Source: Mobula birostris (taxonomy: Eukaryota). From it: a stretch of DNA of 64,000 nucleotides. Every line of letters begins with the position of its first letter. Positions within the stretch are counted from its first letter, which is position 1. The DNA lies in the NCBI RefSeq assembly GCF_030028105.1, contig NC_092389.1, forward strand, positions 19,579,180-19,643,179, in the 5' to 3' direction. The position numbers and the translations under genes were made by a program. The notes under the pieces were generated by a model. That model searched no databases. It saw only the letters and a program-made list of their open reading frames with translations, and was not told where the DNA came from. Positions 52,740-64,000 of the stretch are shown here, piece by piece.

Positions 52740-53495
52740 AATCACTCCATAACACTTACTGATGTGAAAACTAGGTCATTGAGCAATGCTATAGAACAAA
52801 GAGATCTGGGAATACAGGTCCAAGATTCATTGAAAGTGGTGGCACAGGTAGATAGGGTCATAAAGAAAGTTTTTTGGCACATTAGTCTGCATAAATCAAA
52901 GTATTCTGTACGGGAGATGTGATGTTATATTGAAGTTGTATAAGACATTGTTGAGGCCTAATTTGGAGTATTGGGTGCAATTTTGGTCACCTACCTACCA
53001 GAAAAATGTAAATCAGGTTGAAAGAGTACAGAGAAAATTTACAAGGATATTGCTGGAAATGGAGGACCTGAGATTGAATAGGTTGGGACTTTATTCCTTG
53101 GAATCCAGAAGGTTGAGGGGAGATTTGATAGAGGTATACAGAATTATGAGGAGTATAGATCGGGTAAATACAAGCAAGCTTTTACCTCTGAGGTTGATTG
53201 GGACTACAACTAGAGGTCATAGGTTGAGGGTGAAAGGTATAAGAGGAACATGAGGGGAAACATTTTCACTCAAAGGGCCGTGAGAGTGTGGAACAAGCTG
53301 CCAGTGCAAATGGTACAAGAAAGTTCAATTTCAACATTTGAGAAGTTCGGATAGGTACATGGATGATAGGGGTATTGAGGTCTACGGTCCCGGTGCACGT
53401 CGATGGGAGTAGGCAGTTTAAATGGTTTGGCACAGACTAGATGGGCTGAAGGGCCTGTTTCCGTGCTGTACTCTTCTATAATTCTATGACCCTAT
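52740..53495 (+). mobile_element. CR1 3' fragment
   Basis: ORF 52930..53253 (LRPNLEYWVQFW, RLRGDLIEV) and a TTCTATAATTCTATG tail. Confidence 0.88.
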
Positions 53496-54081
53496 GTCAT
53501 ACATCACCATCAAAAGGAGTACTGGAACTAATTTTCACATATTAAACTCCTCCTCTTGGGATCCAAGTACCACTTGTCACAATTACAGATGTGTGCCAAT
53601 CCCACATTTCAACTCATCAATACTCAAAGAACAAAGTTTTGTGAATCTGCCAGACCCCACTATCAAATACACCGCTGCATTGGATTATTGGACTTTTATC
53701 CTAACTTCAAGCTGTTTCTACTTTCTCTGACACCGTTGGTACAGTTCTGCAGATATCAGTATTTCCATTCATTTACTAAATCCTAGTGTAGTTTATGCAC
53801 CACCTGTTGGTCAAATGCAGCATTAACCAGAACAGAATTCTCCTGAAGTTCAAAGTAAATTTATTATCGAAGTACATGTATGTCACCATATACAACCCTG
53901 AGATCCTTGTGTGCATGCTCAATAAAACTATAGATTAATAACCTTAACAAAATTAATGAAAGACTGCTCAACTTGGGCATTCAACCAGTGTGCAAAAGAC
54001 AAAAACTGTGCAAAAAGAAAAAGAAAGAAATAATAATAATAAATAAATATTGAGAACGTGAGTCCTTGAAAGTGAGTCCAT

Positions 54082-54390
54082 TAGTTGTGAGAACAGAGGG
54101 CACAGTTTTAAAGTGCTTGGAAGTAGGTACCCAGGAAACGTCAGGGGTAAGTTGTTGTTTTCTCCCCCACACAGAGAGTGGTGAGTGTGTGGAATGGGCT
54201 GCCGGCAACGGTGGTGGAGGCGGATACGAATACGATAGGGTCTTTTAAGAGACTCTTAGATAGGTACATGGAGCTTAGGAAAATAGAGGGCTATGGGTAA
54301 CCCTAGGTAATTTCTAAGGTAAGTACATGTTCGGCACAGCATTGTGGGCCGAAGGGCCTGTATTGTGCTGTAGGTTTTCTATGTTTCTAT
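54082..54390 (+). mobile_element. CR1 3' fragment (same subfamily as 17785+)
   Basis: Reverse complement of the 17790-18070 type sequence, ending TTTTCTATGTTTCTA. Confidence 0.85.
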
Positions 54391-54579
54391 TTCAATGATG
54401 AGGCAAGTGAAGTTGAGTAAAGTTACCCCTTTGGTTCAAGAACCTGATGGTCCAGGGGGATTAATTGTTCCTGAACGTGATGGTGAGAGTCCAGATGGCA
54501 GCAGTGAGAAGAGAGCATGGCCTGGGTGGTGGGGATTCCTGATGATAGATGATGCTTTCCAGCGACAGTGTTTTACATA

Positions 54580-56718
54580 GAAACATAGAAAATAGATGCA
54601 GGAGTAGGCCATTCGGCCCTTCGAGCCTGCACTGCCATTTATTATGATCATGGCTGATCATCCAACTCAGAACCCCGCCCCAGCCTTCCCTCCATACCCC
54701 CTGACCCCCGTAGCCACAAGGGCCATATCTAACTCCCTCTTAAATATAGCCAATGAACTGGCCTCAACTGTTTCCTGTGGCAGAGAATTCCACAGATTCA
54801 CCACTCTCTGTGTGAAGAAGTTTTTCCTAATCTCGGTCCTAAAAGGCTTCCCCTCTATCCTCAAACTGTGGCCCCTCGTTCTGGACTTCCCCAACGTCGG
54901 GAACAATCTTCCTGCATCTAGCCGGTCCAATCCCTTTAGGATCTTATACGTTTCAATCAGATCCCCCCTCAATCTTCTAAATTCCAACGAGTACAAGCCC
55001 AGTTCATCCAGTCTTTCTTCATATGAAAGTCCTGCCATCCCAGGAATCAATCTGGTGAACCTTCTTTGTACTCCCTCTATGGCAAGGATGTCTTTCCTCA
55101 GATTAGGGGACCAAAACTGCACACAATACTCCAGGTGTGGTTCACCAAGGCCTTGTACAACTGCAGTAGTACCTCCCTGCTCCTGTACTTGAATCCTCTC
55201 GCTATAAATGCCAGCATACCATTCGCCTTTTTCACCGCCTGCTGTACCTGCATGCCCACTTTCAATGACTGGTGTATAATGACACCCAGGTCTCGTTGCA
55301 CCTCCCCTTTTCCTAATCGGCCATCATTCAGATAATAATCTGTTTTCCTATTTTTGCCGCCAAAATGGATAACTTCACATTTATCCACATTAAATTGCAT
55401 CTGCCATGAATTTGCCCACTCACCCAACCTATCCAAGTCACCCTGCATCCTCTTAGCATCCTCCTCACAGCTAACACTGCCACCCAGCTTCGTGTCATCC
55501 GCAAACTTGGAGATGCTGCATTTAATTCCCTCATCCAAGTCATTAATATATATTGTAAACAACTGGGGTCCCAGCACTGAGCCTTGCTGTACCCCACTAG
55601 TCACCGCCTGCCATTCTGAAAAGGTCCCAGTTATTCCCACTCTTTGCTTCCTGTCTGCTAACCAATTCTCCACCCACACCAATACCTTACCCCCAATACC
55701 GTGTGCTTTAAGTTTGCACACTAATCTCCTGTGTGGGACCTTGTCAAAAGCCTTCTGAAAATCCAAATATACCACATCCACTGGTTCTCCCCTATCCACT
55801 CTACTAGTTACATCCTCAAAAAATTCTATGAGATTCGTCAGACATGATTTTTCCTTTCACAAATCCATGCTGACTTCGTCTGATCATTTCACCGCTTTCC
55901 AAATGTGCTGTTATCACATCCTTGATAACTGACTCCAGCAGTTTCCCCACCACTGACGTTAGGCTAACCGGTCTATAGTTCCCCGGTTTCTCTCTCCCTC
56001 CTTTTTTAAAAAGTGGAGTTACATTAGCCACCCTCCAATCCTCAGGAACTAGTCCAGAATCTAACGAGTTTTGAAAAATTATCACTAATGCATCCACTAT
56101 TTCTTGGGCTACTTCCTTAAGCACTCTAGGATGCAGACCATCTGGCCCTGGGGATTTATCTGCCTTCAATCCCTTCAATTTACCTAACACCACTTCCCTA
56201 CTAACATGTATTTCGCTCAGTTCCTCCATCTCACTGGACCCTTTGTCCCCTATTATTTCTGGAAGATTATTTATGTCCTCCTTAGTGAAGACAGAACCAA
56301 AGTAATTATTCAATTGGTCTGCCATGTCCTTGCTCCCCATAATCAATTCACCTGTTTCTGTCTGCAGGGGACCTACATTTGTCTTTACCAGTCTTTTCCT
56401 TTTTACATATCTATAAAAGCTTTTACAGTCCGTTTTTATGTTCCCTGCCAGTTTTCTCTCATAATCTTTTTTCCCCTTCCTAATTAAGCCCTTTGTCCTC
56501 CTCTGCTGAACTCTGAATTTCTCCCAGTCCTCAGGTGAGCCACTTTCTCTGGCTAATTTGTATGCTTCTTCTTTGGAATTGATACTATCCCTAATTTCTC
56601 TTGTCAGCCACGGGTGCATTACCTTCCTTGATTTATTCTTTTGCCAAACTGGGATGAACAATTGTTGTAGTTCATCCATGCGATCTTTAAATGCTTGCCA
56701 TTGCATATCCACCGTCAA
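54580..56718 (-). mobile_element. 5'-truncated CR1 with well-preserved RT
   Basis: ORFs 55816..56718, 55098..55799 (YLDFQKAFD, KFADD) and 54667..55122; (ACATAGAA)n tail complement. Confidence 0.95.
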
Positions 56719-57281
56719 TTTGTGTGGATGTGCTCAATGGCGGGGAGGGCTTTACCCGTGATGGACTGGGCTGTATCCACTACTTTTTGCAGGATTTTCC
56801 ATTCAGGGATATTGGTGTTTCCATACCAGGCTGCGATACAGCCAGTCAATATACTCTCCACTACAGATCTATCAAAGTTTGTCAAAGGTTTAGATGTCAT
56901 GCCAAATCTCTGCAAATTCTTAAGGAAATAGAGGTGCTGCTGTGCGTTCTCTGTAATTGCACTGACGTGCTAGGCTCAGGACAGCTCCTCCGAATTAGTA
57001 ACACCGAAGAATTTAAAGCTGCTGACCCTCTCCACGTCTGATCCTCTGATGAGGACTGGCTCGTAGACCTCTGGTTTCCTTCTCCTGAAGTCAATAATCA
57101 GCTCCTTAATCTTGCTGATGTTGAGTGAGAGGTTGATGTTATAGCACTACTCAGCCAGATTTTCAGTCTCTCTCCTACATGCTGATTCATCACCATTTGA
57201 TTCAGCCAATGACAGCAGTGTCATCAGCAAACTTGAATATGGCATTGGAGCTGCACTTAACCACACAGTGAATGTGCAGAG

Positions 57282-57987
57282 ACATAGACATAGACATAGA
57301 ATAGTACAGCACGGTACAGGCCCTTCGGCCCACAATGTTGTGCCAACCCTCAAACCCTGCCTCCCATATAACCCCCCACCTTAAATTCCTCCATATACCT
57401 GTCTAGTAGTCTCTTAAACTTCACTATTGTATCTGCCTCCACCACTGACTCAGGCAGTGCATTCCATGCACCAACCACTCTCTGAGTAAAAAACCTTCCT
57501 CTAATATCCCCCTTGAACTTCCCACCCCTTACCTCAAAGCCATGTCCTCTTGTATTGAGCAGTGGTGCCCTGGGGAAGAGATGCTGGCTATCCACTCTAT
57601 CTATTCCTCTTATTATCTTGTACACCTCTATCATGTCTCCTCTCATCCTCCTTCTCTCCAAAAAGTAAAGCCCTAGCTCCTTTAATCTCTGATCATAATC
57701 CATACTTTCTAAACCAGGCAGCATCCTGGTAAATCTCCTCTGTATCCTATCCAATGCTTCCACATCCTTCCTATAGTGAGGTGACCAGAACCGGACACAA
57801 TACTCCAAGTGTGGCCTAACCAGAGTTTTATAGAGCTGCATCATTACATCACGACTCTTAAACTCTATCCCTCGACTTATGAAAGCTAACACCCCATAAG
57901 CTTTCTTAACTACCCTATCCACCTGTGAGGCAACTTTCAGGGATCTGTGGATATGTACCCCCAGATCCCTCTGCTCATCCACACTAC
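57282..57987 (-). mobile_element. CR1 3' fragment
   Basis: ORF 57350..58018, (ACATAG)n tail complement, and a CAGAG repeat at both ends. Confidence 0.9.
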
Positions 57988-58267
57988 AGAGGGCTAAGCA
58001 TACAACCTTGTGGTGCACCTGTTCTGCTGGAGATCATGGAGGAGATGTTGGTGCCAATCCAGGATTCAATTGCCCAATTAAGTATTGAGGCCAAAGTCTT
58101 GAAGCTTTTTGATTAGTTTTGAGGGGATGATGGGATTGAATGCTGAGCTGTAATCGATAAAGAGCATCCTAATTTATGCATCTTTGCTGTCCAGATATTC
58201 CAGGGTTGAGTAAAGAGCCAATGAGATGGCATCTGCTGTGGACCTGTTGCTCCTGCAGGCAAATTGG

Positions 58268-59035
58268 AGTGCAAGGGTCCCTACACCTCATCCCTCGCTA
58301 CCATTCAGGGCCCCAACCAGTCCTTCCAGGTGAGGCGACACTTCACCTGTGAGTCTGTTGTGGTCATATACTGTGACCGGTTCTCCTGCTGTGGCTTCCT
58401 ATATATCGGCGAGACCCGACGTAGATTGGGAGACCGCTTCGTCAAGCACTTACGCTCCGTCTGCCAGAAGAAGCGGGACCTCCCTGTGGCCACTCATTTT
58501 AATTCCTTTTCTCATTCCCGTTCCGATATGTGAATCCATGGCCTCCTCTACTGTCACGATGATGCCACACTCAAGTTGGAGGAACAACACCTTATATTCC
58601 ATCTGGGTAGCCTCCAACCTGATGGCATGAACATTGATTTCTCGAACTTCCTGTAATGCCCCTCCCCTTCACAATTCCCCATCCCCTTTTCCCTCTCTCA
58701 CCTTATCTCCTTGCCTGCCCATTGCCTCCCTCTAGTGCTCCTCCCCCTTCCCTTTCTCCCACGGCCTTCTGTCCTCTCCTATCAGACTCTCCCTTCTCCA
58801 GCCCTGCATCTTTTTCACCAGTCAACTTCTCAGCTCTTTACCTCATCCCTCCCACTTCCAGTTTCACCTATCACCTTGTGTTTCTCTCTCCCCTCCCCCA
58901 CCTTTTAAACCTACTCCTCATCTTTTTTTTTCTTCAGTCCTGCCAAAGGGTTTCAGCCTGAAGTGTCGACTGTGCTTTTTTCCTCATAGATGCTGCCTGG
59001 CCTACTGAGTTCTTCCAGCATTTTGCATGTGTTGC
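58268..59035 (+). mobile_element. Penelope-like element 3' part (GIY-YIG endonuclease, pyrimidine tract, decayed hammerhead)
   Basis: ORF 58264..58533 VIYC...LYIGETRRRLGDRFVKHL...PVATHFN; decayed hammerhead at about 58936-58971. Confidence 0.88.
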
Positions 59036-61269
59036 TTAAAGCAGATCCAAGTTGTTTCTCAGGCAAGGGTTGATATATTTCCACACTAACCTCTCAAAAC
59101 ACTTCTTCACTGTGGATGTAAGTGCTACTGGGTGATGATCATTGAGGCAGGCTACCACATTATTCTCAGGCACCGGTATAATTGAAGCCTGCTTGAAGCA
59201 GTTGGGTACCCCAGACAGCTGAAGTGAGAGGTTAAAGATCTCAGTAAACTCTCCAGCCAGTTGATTAGCAGTCTCCAGTACTTGGCCAGGTACACCATCT
59301 GGGCTGGATGTTTCTCGCGGGTTCACCCTCACGGCTTCAGAGACTGAAATCATAGAATCATCGGGGGATGTGGGCATGTGGCACAACTGTTAAGATTGAT
59401 GCCACTTTGCCTGTGAGGTGGTTTTCTGGAGGTCATACCTGGTCCTCTTGGAGCTTTCTTGGTCACCAGACTTAAATGTCTTTGATCTGGCCCTTAGCAA
59501 ATTGTGGATTTCATGGTTCATCCAGGGCTTCTGATTGGGGAAGACTCTGAATGACTTTGTTGGGGGACACTTATCCACAGCTGTTTTAATAAAGTCCATT
59601 ACAACCATGGTGTATTCATTCAGATACACAGGTGAGTCCTTGAACACAGCCAAGTCCACTGTAGTCACTCCTCTGCCTCCCGCTTTTACTTTGCAGTGAC
59701 AAAATACTTTGTTAATAATGTCGGACTTGAGCAATTTATCCAAAGCATTGAGAGTTGAATTCCACCTTTGTCTTTGTTGCTCTGTTAAAATGCTTCAGCT
59801 AATGATGAGTAGATTGACTGACTGAATTACTGGCACGCACAAGAGGTGCGAGAACCTCTGATGGAAAATAAATCTCACTTAAATCAGTTTGTTATAACTG
59901 CATCAGTGATGAAACCACTGAATGCGATGGATGACTATGGACTTTCTTGCTATCAGAGACTATCTTACTACCTTATTCAAGTCTACTTCTGAAAGATATT
60001 CTTCCATTTCTAATGGGTAGGTGGGACTAGGCAGAAAAATGGGTCAGCACAGACTGGATGGACCGAACAGCCTGTGTCTCTGCTGCAGTGTGTTAAAACT
60101 CTAATTTGACTCACATACTCAAATTGCCTTTTACCTTAGAATGTTACAGCATCAATGGACTCTGAACTCATGCTGTGTAAACATTAGGTGCCCAGCTTAA
60201 AACACCTCATTCTCATACTACAGTAACCCTTCGATATGCAACTCTGGACTGAAATCCAGCATTTGATTATAGTTTACACATAATGTCTGCAATGGGAATG
60301 TGAGTATCATTGAGTCCAACTATATCATTCAATTTCAATAAAACAAAATCCGTCGTGCATCAGACTTGATGGCTTTGAGTTGTCATAACCAACTCAAAAA
60401 CACTAACAAAAATAAGCTTTCATGGTAATTCTAGACTCACTGGTAAGACCTACTTGATGAAAGCAACCATGATTGCAATTTGGAACTGATTTCATGAACG
60501 CCTCCAGCAAAAGATTGATAAGGGAAAACTGATCTTTCAGGACATAGCCAAGAATCACCACACCATGGTTGAGTGATTCCACCAAGAACTTCATATTTTG
60601 GAGTGCGAGTTGTCCATGGGTGGATTTGTTTGATGTGGATTAGTTATTGCACACAGGCCACCCAGTGGCAAGATGCTGATCCAGTAGCAAGAGGGACCAG
60701 CTCTGCTAAATGAAACTTTTCTCTAAAAAAAAAACAACCAGGACTGGTTAAATGAGAAGGGCAAGGAGATGAAGTAGTTACTTAACCTCAAATGTGAAAT
60801 AAAAGCTTCACTCTCCTCAAGGGAAAAGAATCAGCCCTATGACCCATGAAGCATAAGTCCCACAACTGAGACCTGAAGGAAAGGTGGTGGATGGAGAGAG
60901 CTCAGAAGCCTCAACAACTCATCTACAGTATGCACAGGTTTCTCAGCACTATAGAGTCTATCTATGGTACAATCACTCAAGGACCCAACCCACTTAGACC
61001 TAGGAATGGAAGGCACATTCTCCAAGAACACAGAGACTCTCGATGGAACAATTTAAAGCAGAGTACTAGAGAAAACTTAAAGAAAATTATAATAATCAAA
61101 TGGCAGCATGGTTGCTGAAAAGATCTTACTTGATGAATCTCATTTAAGTTTCTTCATATAGTTATAGAGAGATACAGCACAGAAACAAGTCCCTATGCCC
61201 ACTAAGCATACGTTGACTATCAACTGCTCGTTTACATTAATCCTACATTAATCATATTTTTAATTTTTT

Positions 61270-62185
61270 CCCATCGGGCTTCTAAATTCCAGAGTATACA
61301 AGCCCAGTCACTCCAATCTTTCAACATATGACAATCCCGCCATCCCGGGAATTAACCTTGTGAACCTATGCTGCACTCCCTCAATAGCAAGAATGTCCTT
61401 CCTCAAATTTGGAGACCAAAACTGCACACAGTACTCCAGGTGTGGTCTCACCAGTGCCCTGTACAGCTGCAGTAGTACCCCTCTGCTCTTATACTCAATT
61501 CCCCTTGTTATGAAGGCCAGCATGCCATTAGCTTTCTTCACTGCCTGCTGTACTTGCATGCTTGCTTTCAGTGACTGATGTACAAGAACATCTAGATCTC
61601 GTTGTGCTTCCCCTTTTCCTAACTTGACTCCATTTAGATAATAATCTGCCTTCCTGTTCTTACCACCAAAGTGGATAACCTCACAGTTATCCACATTAAA
61701 CTGCATCTGCCATGCATCTGCCCACTCACCCAGCCTGTCCAAGTCACCCTGCATTCTCATAACATCTTCCTCACATTTCACACTGCCACCCAGTTTTGTG
61801 TCATCAGCAAATTTGCTAATGTTACTTTTAATTCCCTCATCTAAATCATAAATATATATTGTAAACAGCTGCGGTCCCAGCACTGAACCCTGTGGTACCC
61901 CACTGGTCACCGCCTGCCATTCAAAAAGGGACCCGTTAATCACTACTCTTTGTTTTCTGTCAGCCAGCCAATTTTCAATCCATGTCAGTACTCTACCCCC
62001 AATACCATGTGCCCTAATTTTGCCCACTAATCTCCTATGTGGGACTTTATCACAGGCTTTCTGAAAGTCCAGGTACACTACATCCACTGCCTCTCCCTTG
62101 TCCATTTTCATAGTTACATCCTCAAAAAAATCCAGAAGATTAGTCAAGCACGATTTCCCCTTCGTAAATCCATGCTGACCCGGAC
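61270..62185 (-). mobile_element. CR1 RT fragment
   Basis: C-terminal two-thirds of ORF 61308..62636 (QHGF, YLDFQKA, VPQGSVLGP, KFADD). Confidence 0.92.
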
Positions 62186-62189
62186 CGAT

Positions 62190-62470
62190 CCTGTTACTGC
62201 TATCCAGATGTGTCGTAATTTCATCAGAGTCAGTGTATGAAAGTGGGTGGGTTGAGGCAAGAGGCTCATAGGTGATGGGTAGAGCCAGATAAGGAAGGGA
62301 TGATGAGCAGATGGAGCCAAGTGGGGAAACAGAGAGGGAGGAGTAAGACAAAGGCTGGTAGGTAATAGGTGCCAGGAACCGGGAACAAGGAAAAGAAGGG
62401 AGCATAAAGTGGGTGGAGCAGGTTGGGGGTAGTATGATGCCAACCAGTGAGGCCATGCACATCAAAGCTT
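62190..62470 (-). mobile_element. Penelope-like pyrimidine-rich 3' region, antisense
   Basis: Purine-rich tract that resembles the reverse complement of 58640-58930 and 2990-3110. Confidence 0.5.
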
Positions 62471-63089
62471 CTCTGTCCACAGAAGATATCATTGTCTTCT
62501 GCTTAGATCCACAGGTGGTTTGCAGATTAACTAGCACCATGTTGTGTGAGTCATCTGCAGGAAAAGTGATGCCATGCTGATTGAGAGAAGACAGGGCTCT
62601 CGGCAAGAATTGGCTGGAGCAGGGAAGCAAAGCCAAACCAAAACTGGTTCAGATAGGAGGGGTGCTTCCTCTTGATGGTGAGAAAAAGCATATCATCAGG
62701 TGTGAGGTTCTCAGTATTGTCATATTTGGCTCTCATCTCGCTCCGATGGAGTGGAGTTACTTGAGCCACTTTCCAATTCACCTAGAGCTCCAAGATGGAG
62801 CACATCTAATGAACTGCGATGCCCAAGTTCCAAAGACTGGGGAAAGAGTAAGCATACTCTCATCCTAAATGCCACCATCAGGAGAATTCACTGTTACTAC
62901 ATGCTGAGTAGTGTTGTTCTGCAATGTTCTACTCAGTTGGATTTTGCCCCAATGCCAATTCTCTGGAGTTTATTGTGGTGAAACAACTTTGGCCACGATT
63001 CCAGTAAGCAGTGGGCAGTATGAAACATCCTGAAGGAGAAGACCTGATGGATCCTCGAGATGGCTGCAGTAGGGACGAGAGAGTCATCT

Positions 63090-63600
63090 ATTGTGGACTA
63101 TACATTTGCAAAGAACATCTCGAAAGAGATTTAAAGATTCAAGCATTCAAAGTACATTTATTATCAAAGTATGTATGCAGTATACAACTCAGATATTTCT
63201 CTTTCCACAAGCAGCCACAAAACAAAGAAACACCATGGAACCCATTCAAAGAAAAATATCAAAACCCCAACACACAAAAAAGGAACAAATTGCACAATGG
63301 CAAAAAAAATGAGTGAGAAACACAGAACATAAACCACCAAACCACAAAGTCATTAAAAGAGTCTGGGCATATTCAGTTCAGTTCAGTTCAGTTCCATCTA
63401 GTGCTGTGTTGTTCATTGCCTGCAGGCCACAGAGACAGTCCACCCCGATCAAAAACGCATAAAATAACAACAAAAATAAAGGAGTGACCAGAAGCCAGAA
63501 ACAGATCATAATGTGAACTACAGAGTCCAAACCACAAGCCGTATTGATTAAACCTTGCCCAAGACCTAGAACTCCGGAATCATCGGGCGTGAGGAAGAGA
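63090..63600 (-). mobile_element. LINE 3' end (Rex1/L2-like) with (CAGTT)n microsatellite
   Basis: GATTCAAG...ACATTTATTATCAAAGTA head similar to 53845+; CAGTT x4 at about 63373-63393. Confidence 0.5.
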
Positions 63601-64000
63601 GAGACCATTCGTACGCAGGCACATTCCTCAGGGAGCAGTGGGCAAGAGGGAAACAGAGCGGTCACACACAGGTAGACGGCACTGAACATCCACCTGCCTT
63701 CGGCTCACGTCCTCGTTGATTACAATCTTCCTCAACGCTTTAATCAGCGAGAAATGGAGTTGATTGTGGGCGTGTACCCCATCTCCAGGCTTCTTGGACT
63801 CCAGGCTGCTACCTTCACTTGAAACCTCACCGAATGCCCTCGGAGACAGCAAAGCGCCAGATCGCTCAAACAGCCTGAAAACACACAACCAAAATGTAGA
63901 TCAACAGCTCCAACAGTAGTGGAACCACACTTGAAAGAAAAAAAGAAAAGAAGTAGTTTCGTGAACACAGAAGGATGCTGTGTTATTCACTGGTGTTGCC

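Larger units (their letters stand above)
53845..59745 (-). mobile_element. Rex1-like LINE split into five pieces by later insertions
   Basis: Colinear pieces on the minus strand: 59390..59743, 59036..59386 (PDGVPG, HPVALTS), 57990-58260, 56718-57280, 54395-54578 and tail 53845-54080. Confidence 0.75.

Noticed and set aside
61308-62636. 442-aa ORF as a novel fusion protein
   Set aside because: It is chance read-through from antisense low-complexity PLE sequence into a CR1 RT fragment.
1-64000. V(D)J recombination signals or a rearranging Ig/TCR locus
   Set aside because: The CACAGTG heptamers I noticed (about 1963, 17616, 39986, 42553, 57265) lack a properly spaced nonamer, and the V exon already contains its J-like strand. 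This was an eye scan only.
1-64000. CRISPR arrays, operons, rRNA or true tRNA genes
   Set aside because: This is eukaryotic intron/TE DNA. The tRNA-like A/B boxes all belong to SINE heads, and no regularly spaced repeat-spacer array was seen.

Overview
Repeat-dense vertebrate genomic DNA. The SINE/LINE repertoire (HE1/V-SINE-like, DeuSINE/SacSINE1-like, CR1, Rex1/Babar, Penelope-like) points to a cartilaginous fish, probably a ray (inference). (1) One host gene can be rebuilt by hand on the minus strand from six exons with canonical AG/GT sites and phase-1 junctions throughout (49377 down to 41131). It encodes signal peptide - VJ-type Ig V domain - C-type Ig domain - I/C2 Ig domain - uncharged TM - start of a cytoplasmic tail. 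This is an Ig-superfamily receptor I cannot name, and its 3' end is unresolved. (2) Directly downstream lies a near-perfect 16.6-kb tandem duplication (6250-22863 / 22862-39474) with a 2-bp microhomology junction that cuts a DeuSINE. (3) The rest is nested retroelements: a near-full-length CR1 carrying a 619-bp solo LTR, Penelope-like pieces with minimal hammerhead ribozyme motifs (one intact, present twice through the duplication), and a Rex1-like element broken by successive insertions. Most ORFs in the track are LINE fragments or their antisense shadows. Repeat boundaries are by-eye estimates unless a target-site duplication (TSD) fixes them.
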